From NCBI GenBank assembly GCA_020201365.1, contig JAIVGV010000277.1, positions 1-37,483 on the forward strand: a stretch of DNA of 37,483 nucleotides. Direction: 5' to 3'. The notes below the pieces were generated by a model. That model saw only the letters and a program-made list of their open reading frames with translations. It made no database searches and was not told where the DNA came from. Source of the DNA: Acidobacteriota bacterium (GTDB taxonomy: Bacteria; Acidobacteriota; Blastocatellia; Pyrinomonadales; Pyrinomonadaceae). Of the stretch, positions 33,480 to 37,483 are shown piece by piece; positions within the stretch are counted from its first letter, which is position 1; each line of letters opens with the position of its first letter. A program made the translations under genes and the position numbers.

Positions 33480-36272
33480 ATGGTTAACACGCGGTCGTTC
33501 CGCCCCTCGCAAGCATCTTCCTTCCGTCTCAGCAGACTCACACGCACGCTCGTCGTACTCTTCGCGCTCCTCGCCTGCGCGCACGGCGCGGCGCGCGCCG
33601 CGACGATCACGGTGCCCGCGGGCGCGAGCCTTCAGGCGGTGCTTGACGCCGCGCAGCCCGGCGACACGATCCTGCTCGACGCGGGCGCGAGCTACGTCGG
33701 TCCCTTCACGCTGCGCAACAAGCAGGGCACGAACACCGACGCCGACTGGATCACGATCCGCACCAACGCGCCCGACTCTCAGTTGCCAGCCGCGGGCGTG
33801 CGCGTCACCCCCGACTACGCGCCCGTGCTCGCCAAGCTGCTCTCGCCCGGCCACGCCGAAGCCGCCGTGCAGACCGAGCCCGGCGCGCACCACTACCGCT
33901 TCGTCGCCGTCGAGTTCGCGCGCACGTCGCCCGACTCCATCGTTTACGATCTCGTCAAGCTTGGCGACGGCAGCCCCGCGCAGAACACCGCCGCGAGCGT
34001 GCCGCACCACTTTCAGCTCGACCGCTGCTACGTCCACGGCGACACGGGCGATCTCAAGCGCGGCATCTCTCTGCAAAGCGGCTCGACCGACATCACCAAC
34101 AGCTACGTCTCCGAGTTCCACGTCCACGGTCAGGAGGCGCAGGCGGTCGCGGGCTGGAACGGACCCGGCCCCTACAACATCATCAACAACTATCTGGAAG
34201 GCGCGGGCGAGAACGTCATCTTCGGCGGCGCCATGGCGTGCGTACCGAACCAGACGCCGACCGACATACGCATCCTGCGCAACTACCTCCGCAAGCCGCC
34301 GGAGTGGCGCGGCGTCTGGACGGTCAAGAACCTGCTCGAACTCAAGCACGCACGGCGCGTCACCATTGACGGCAACGTGATGGAAGGTAACTGGCCCGAC
34401 GCGCAGTCAGGGTTCTCCATCCTCTTCACGCCGCGCCCGAACGACAGCGGCGCGTGGGCTGTGGTCGAGGACGTGACGTTCACGAACAACGTCGTGCGCC
34501 ACATCTCGGCGGGGCTCAATTTTCTGGGCGAAGATTACCTCTACCAGCCAGCGCCGACGGAAAACCGCCTGCGCCGCGTCCGCGTTTACAACAACCTGTT
34601 CGAGGACGTGGGCGGGCAGTGGGGTGGCAACGGCGCGTTCGCCCAAATCCTCACCGGCTCCGACACCGTGACCATTGACCACAACACGGTGCTGCAAACC
34701 GGATCGATGATCCTCCTGGACGGCGACCCGAGCACGAACGTGCGGATCGCGAACAACATCGCGCGTCACAACGACTACGGCGTCTTCGGCAGCGGCGCCG
34801 GCTACGGCAACACCGCGCTCACCAAATACCTGCCCGGCGGCGTCTTCACGAGCAACGCCGTCGCCAAAGAGTTCAACGCGCCGTGGAACACCGAACTCGT
34901 CTATCCGGCGGGCAACTTCTTCCCCGCGACTTTGAACGACGCGGGCTTCGTCAACTTCGCGGGCGGCGACTATCACCTCGCGTCCTCCTCGCCCTATAAG
35001 CACGCCGCGACCGACGGCACAGACCTCGGCTGCGACGTTGACGCGATCAACGCCGCGATGGGCATCGCGCCCTCGCCGACGCCGACGCCGACGCCGACCG
35101 CGACGCCCACTCCTTCTCCGACACCGACTCCCAACCCGACGCCGACGCCGACTCCCGGCTCGCCCGTCTCGCTCACGCTCGTCGCGCAGGCGCAGACGCT
35201 CGCCGCCAGCCTCTCGAACGATCCTTCGAGCGGCGCGCAGCAGATCAGTCCGCTCGTCGCGTCGGTCGAGCAGGCGTACACGGTCTTCACGGGCGAGTCG
35301 AGCCGCTTCGCGAGCGCCGCGCAGATTGATACGTCCTTGCGCGCCGCGCTCTACTTCGCGCGCGCTTCATCGGCGCTCGCCTCGGCTGAGGGCGCATCGG
35401 GCGGCGTGCAGAGCCGACTTCAGATCGTCTCCGTGCAGCTCGCGCTCACGCGCGACTTGATGAGCGGCAACGCGAGCGGCGAGACCGTCGCGGGCGCGAA
35501 CCCCGCGTCCGTCACGCGCACGAACGTCATCGGCGCGGCGGCGACCGCCTCTTCGGCGAGCCTCGCGCCCGCGCTCGCGCCCGAAAGCCTCGGCGTCATC
35601 ACGGGCGATCCCGACCAGAGCCCGCTCGCCTTGCAGACTGCCGTGGCGACGTTCGACGACGCGAATCGCCCTCCGTTCGAGCTCGCGGGCGTGAGCGTCA
35701 CGGTCGGCGGGCGCGCCGCGCAGATTCTCTCCGTCTCGCCGTCGCGCGTCGGCTTCGTCGCGCCCGCGGGACTGCCGGCGGGCGACGCCGAAGTGATCGT
35801 CACGCTGCAACAGGGCTACGTCTCGCGCGGCACGGTCACGATCTCTCCGGTCGCGCCCGGCATCTTCACGTCGGACGGATCGGGCGCGGGCGGCGCGCTC
35901 GTCTTGAACGCCGCGACCTTCTCCGGCGGCTCGTTCGACGTCTGGACGCAGGGCAACTTCTCCGCCGACAAGCACACGCGCCTGATGATCTTCGCGACGG
36001 GCTTGCGCGGCGCGCCGAACTCTAACGCGACGAACGACGTGGCGGGCGCGGGCGCGAACCTCGCCGAGTCGGTCACGGTCGAGGCGCATTTGCAGAACAA
36101 CACCGTCTATCAGTTGCAGGTCGAGTACGCGGGCGCGGCGCAGAGCGGCGCGTCGGGCGTCGATCAAGTCAACGTCGTCCTCCCGCCCTTCCTGATGGGC
36201 GCGGGGCAGGTCGATCTCACGATCATCGTCAGCGGTCAGCGCAGCAACGCCGCGTCCGTCATCGTGCGCTGA
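33480..36272 (+). CDS. Secreted multidomain protein: right-handed beta-helix catalytic-type domain, Pro/Thr linker, middle region, and an Acidobacteria-type (Solibacter) Ig-like C-terminal domain
   Basis: Signal peptide (LVVLFALLACAHGAARAA). The beta-helix region is collinear with 27543-29117. Linker PSPTPTPTPTATPTPSPTPTPNPTPTPTP. The C-terminal part (GVSVTVGGRAAQILSVSPSRVGFVAP...PGIFT...GVDQVNVVLP...SNAASVIV) resembles the Soli_cterm-type domain as recalled. Confidence 0.75.
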   Translation: MVNTRSFRPSQASSFRLSRLTRTLVVLFALLACAHGAARAATITVPAGASLQAVLDAAQPGDTILLDAGASYVGPFTLRNKQGTNTDADWITIRTNAPDSQLPAAGVRVTPDYAPVLAKLLSPGHAEAAVQTEPGAHHYRFVAVEFARTSPDSIVYDLVKLGDGSPAQNTAASVPHHFQLDRCYVHGDTGDLKRGISLQSGSTDITNSYVSEFHVHGQEAQAVAGWNGPGPYNIINNYLEGAGENVIFGGAMACVPNQTPTDIRILRNYLRKPPEWRGVWTVKNLLELKHARRVTIDGNVMEGNWPDAQSGFSILFTPRPNDSGAWAVVEDVTFTNNVVRHISAGLNFLGEDYLYQPAPTENRLRRVRVYNNLFEDVGGQWGGNGAFAQILTGSDTVTIDHNTVLQTGSMILLDGDPSTNVRIANNIARHNDYGVFGSGAGYGNTALTKYLPGGVFTSNAVAKEFNAPWNTELVYPAGNFFPATLNDAGFVNFAGGDYHLASSSPYKHAATDGTDLGCDVDAINAAMGIAPSPTPTPTPTATPTPSPTPTPNPTPTPTPGSPVSLTLVAQAQTLAASLSNDPSSGAQQISPLVASVEQAYTVFTGESSRFASAAQIDTSLRAALYFARASSALASAEGASGGVQSRLQIVSVQLALTRDLMSGNASGETVAGANPASVTRTNVIGAAATASSASLAPALAPESLGVITGDPDQSPLALQTAVATFDDANRPPFELAGVSVTVGGRAAQILSVSPSRVGFVAPAGLPAGDAEVIVTLQQGYVSRGTVTISPVAPGIFTSDGSGAGGALVLNAATFSGGSFDVWTQGNFSADKHTRLMIFATGLRGAPNSNATNDVAGAGANLAESVTVEAHLQNNTVYQLQVEYAGAAQSGASGVDQVNVVLPPFLMGAGQVDLTIIVSGQRSNAASVIVR

Positions 36273-36293
36273 ACTCCCGACGGCGCGAGCTGC

Positions 36294-36377
36294 AAGGATG
36301 AAGGATGAAGGATGAACACTGATCGCCCGGCGTGATTGATCACACTTTCATCCCTCATCCTCCATCCTTCTATTTTT
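36294..36377 (+). terminator. Rho-independent terminator candidate whose 23-nt arms are heptads (AAGGATG x3 and its complement), followed by TATTTTT
   Basis: Left arm 36294-36316, right arm 36347-36369. There are two mismatches (A-C in plus-strand RNA, G-U in minus-strand RNA). T-run 36373-36377. Starts 22 nt after the stop at 36272. Confidence 0.65.
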
Positions 36378-36526
36378 GACAACCCGCCGACGCCCGTGCG
36401 ATGTTAATCTTCGTGCGGGCGCGTCGCGCGATAGTGCCGATGCGCGACCCGCCTCGACAATCTCCGACGAACAACTTTGAAGTCCGCGACCGTCCGGCGA
36501 GCCGACCCGCGCGCGCGCCCGGGAAG

Positions 36527-37483
36527 ATGAAACAGGTCATCCGCAAAGGTCTCAAAGAGATCATCGTTGACGAGGTGCCCGACCCCGTCGCCGCGCCGCA
36601 CCACGTCCTCGTCCGCCCGCACTACTCGCTCATCAGCAGCGGCACAGAGACCGCGAGCATCCACACCGAGAGCCTCGCGAAAGAGGTCGCCGGCAACCCC
36701 TCGCACGTCCGCAAGGTGCTCGACGTGATGCGGCAGGCGGGACCGTTGCGCACGCTCTCGGAGGTGCGCGCCAAGTTCAGCGAGTACGCCGTGCTCGGCT
36801 ACTCGGGCGCTGGGATAGTTGTCGAGAAGCACGAGACCGTGCGCGATCTTGAGATCGGCGCCCGCGTCGCCTACGGCGGCGAAGGGACTGGTCACGGCGA
36901 GACGATCCTCGCCGGGCGCAACCTCGTCGCGCGCGTGCCCGGCGCGGTTCCGTTCGAGCACGCCTGCTTCGCCACGCTCGGCAGCATCGCGATGAACGCC
37001 GTGCGCATCGCCGAGATCGCGCTCGGCGAGACGGTCGTCGTCGTCGGGCTCGGTCTCGTCGGTCAGCTCGTCGCGCAGCTCGCGCGCCTGCAAGGCGGCG
37101 TCGTCGTCGCGACCGACCTGAGACAGGAGCGCGTCGCGCTCGCGCGCGCGCTCGGCGCGGAGCACGCGACGGAGAACGCGCGCGACGCCGTCGCTTCAGC
37201 AACGAACGGTCGCGGCGCGGACGTGGTCGTCGTCGCGGCGGCGGCGAAGTCTTCGGCGCCGTGCCGCCTCGCTTTAGAGTTGTGTCGGGATCGCGGGCGC
37301 ATCGTCGTCGTCGGCGCGGTCGAGATGAGCTTCCCGTGGCAGGAGATGTACCTGAAGGAGATTCGGCTCCTCATGTCGCGCGCCTACGGACCCGGCAGCT
37401 ACGACGACGACTACGAGCGGCGCGGGCGCGACTACCCGCTCGCATACGTGCGCTGGACGGAGAACCGCAACATGGAGGAGTTC
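36527..37483 (+). CDS. Medium-chain dehydrogenase/reductase (alcohol dehydrogenase-like) oxidoreductase; 3'-partial, runs off the window
   Basis: Not in the supplied ORF track (no stop in the window). My translation from ATG 36527 (GGGAAG RBS) reads MKQVIRKGLKEIIVDEVPDP...HHVLVRPHYSLISSGTE (GroES-like) and VVVVGLGLVGQLVAQLARLQG (Rossmann GxGxxG). The frame is open for 319 codons to 37483. Confidence 0.7.
   Translation, partial: MKQVIRKGLKEIIVDEVPDPVAAPHHVLVRPHYSLISSGTETASIHTESLAKEVAGNPSHVRKVLDVMRQAGPLRTLSEVRAKFSEYAVLGYSGAGIVVEKHETVRDLEIGARVAYGGEGTGHGETILAGRNLVARVPGAVPFEHACFATLGSIAMNAVRIAEIALGETVVVVGLGLVGQLVAQLARLQGGVVVATDLRQERVALARALGAEHATENARDAVASATNGRGADVVVVAAAAKSSAPCRLALELCRDRGRIVVVGAVEMSFPWQEMYLKEIRLLMSRAYGPGSYDDDYERRGRDYPLAYVRWTENRNMEEF

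Noticed and set aside
35070-35160. Repetitive ccgacgccgacgccgacgccgacc... DNA that looks like a microsatellite.
   Set aside because: It is in frame within the 930-aa ORF and encodes a Pro/Thr interdomain linker (PSPTPTPTPTATPTPSPTPTPNPTPTPTP). It is coding low complexity, not an independent repeat element.
36376-36410. Consensus TTGACA at 36376-36381 as the promoter of the MDR oxidoreductase gene.
   Set aside because: The best -10-like sequence (GTTAAT/TTAATC, about 36403-36409) lies 21-22 nt downstream, too far for a standard sigma-70 promoter. It is kept only as a remark.

Overview
Very GC-rich window. Its domain content (a Solibacter-type C-terminal domain, PEP-CTERM/EpsH1-style sugar transferase and amidotransferases) suggests an Acidobacteria-like genome. 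No tools were run; all assignments rest on motif recognition, and coordinates were checked by hand against the sequence. The window is dominated by a roughly 30-kb Wzx/Wzy-type exopolysaccharide (EPS) synthesis and modification locus. Most of it is one tightly packed plus-strand gene train (8541-29117) with 4-nt start/stop overlaps. Contents: two O-antigen-ligase/Wzy_C-like membrane proteins; a TPR+CBM-like anchored protein; UDP-glucuronate decarboxylase; an AlgD-like GDP-mannose 6-dehydrogenase; a GT2 fused in frame to a Wzx-like flippase; three GT4-type glycosyltransferases; three paralogous AsnB-type glutamine amidotransferases; a heparinase II/III-like protein; an ATP-grasp/PHP/CE4-deacetylase trio; a DUF218 protein; a SAM methyltransferase; and two paralogous secreted right-handed beta-helix proteins. 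Outside the EPS genes are a long-chain acyl-CoA synthetase, a divergent pair of a zf-HC2 anti-sigma-like protein and an atypical sigma-like HTH protein separated by about 875 bp of non-coding DNA, and a partial MDR oxidoreductase at the 3' edge that is absent from the ORF track. The most interesting signal is non-coding. The ~650-nt leader of the large secreted beta-helix gene (33480-36272) carries two sequences matching the c-di-GMP-I (GEMM-I) riboswitch core. The first is followed by a terminator-like hairpin and the second abuts the Shine-Dalgarno sequence. Other notable points: a 101-nt perfectly identical tract shared by the two otherwise diverged beta-helix paralogs, and a set of intergenic elements built from 7-nt tandem units at transcription-unit boundaries. 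No tRNA, rRNA, CRISPR array or transposase was seen.
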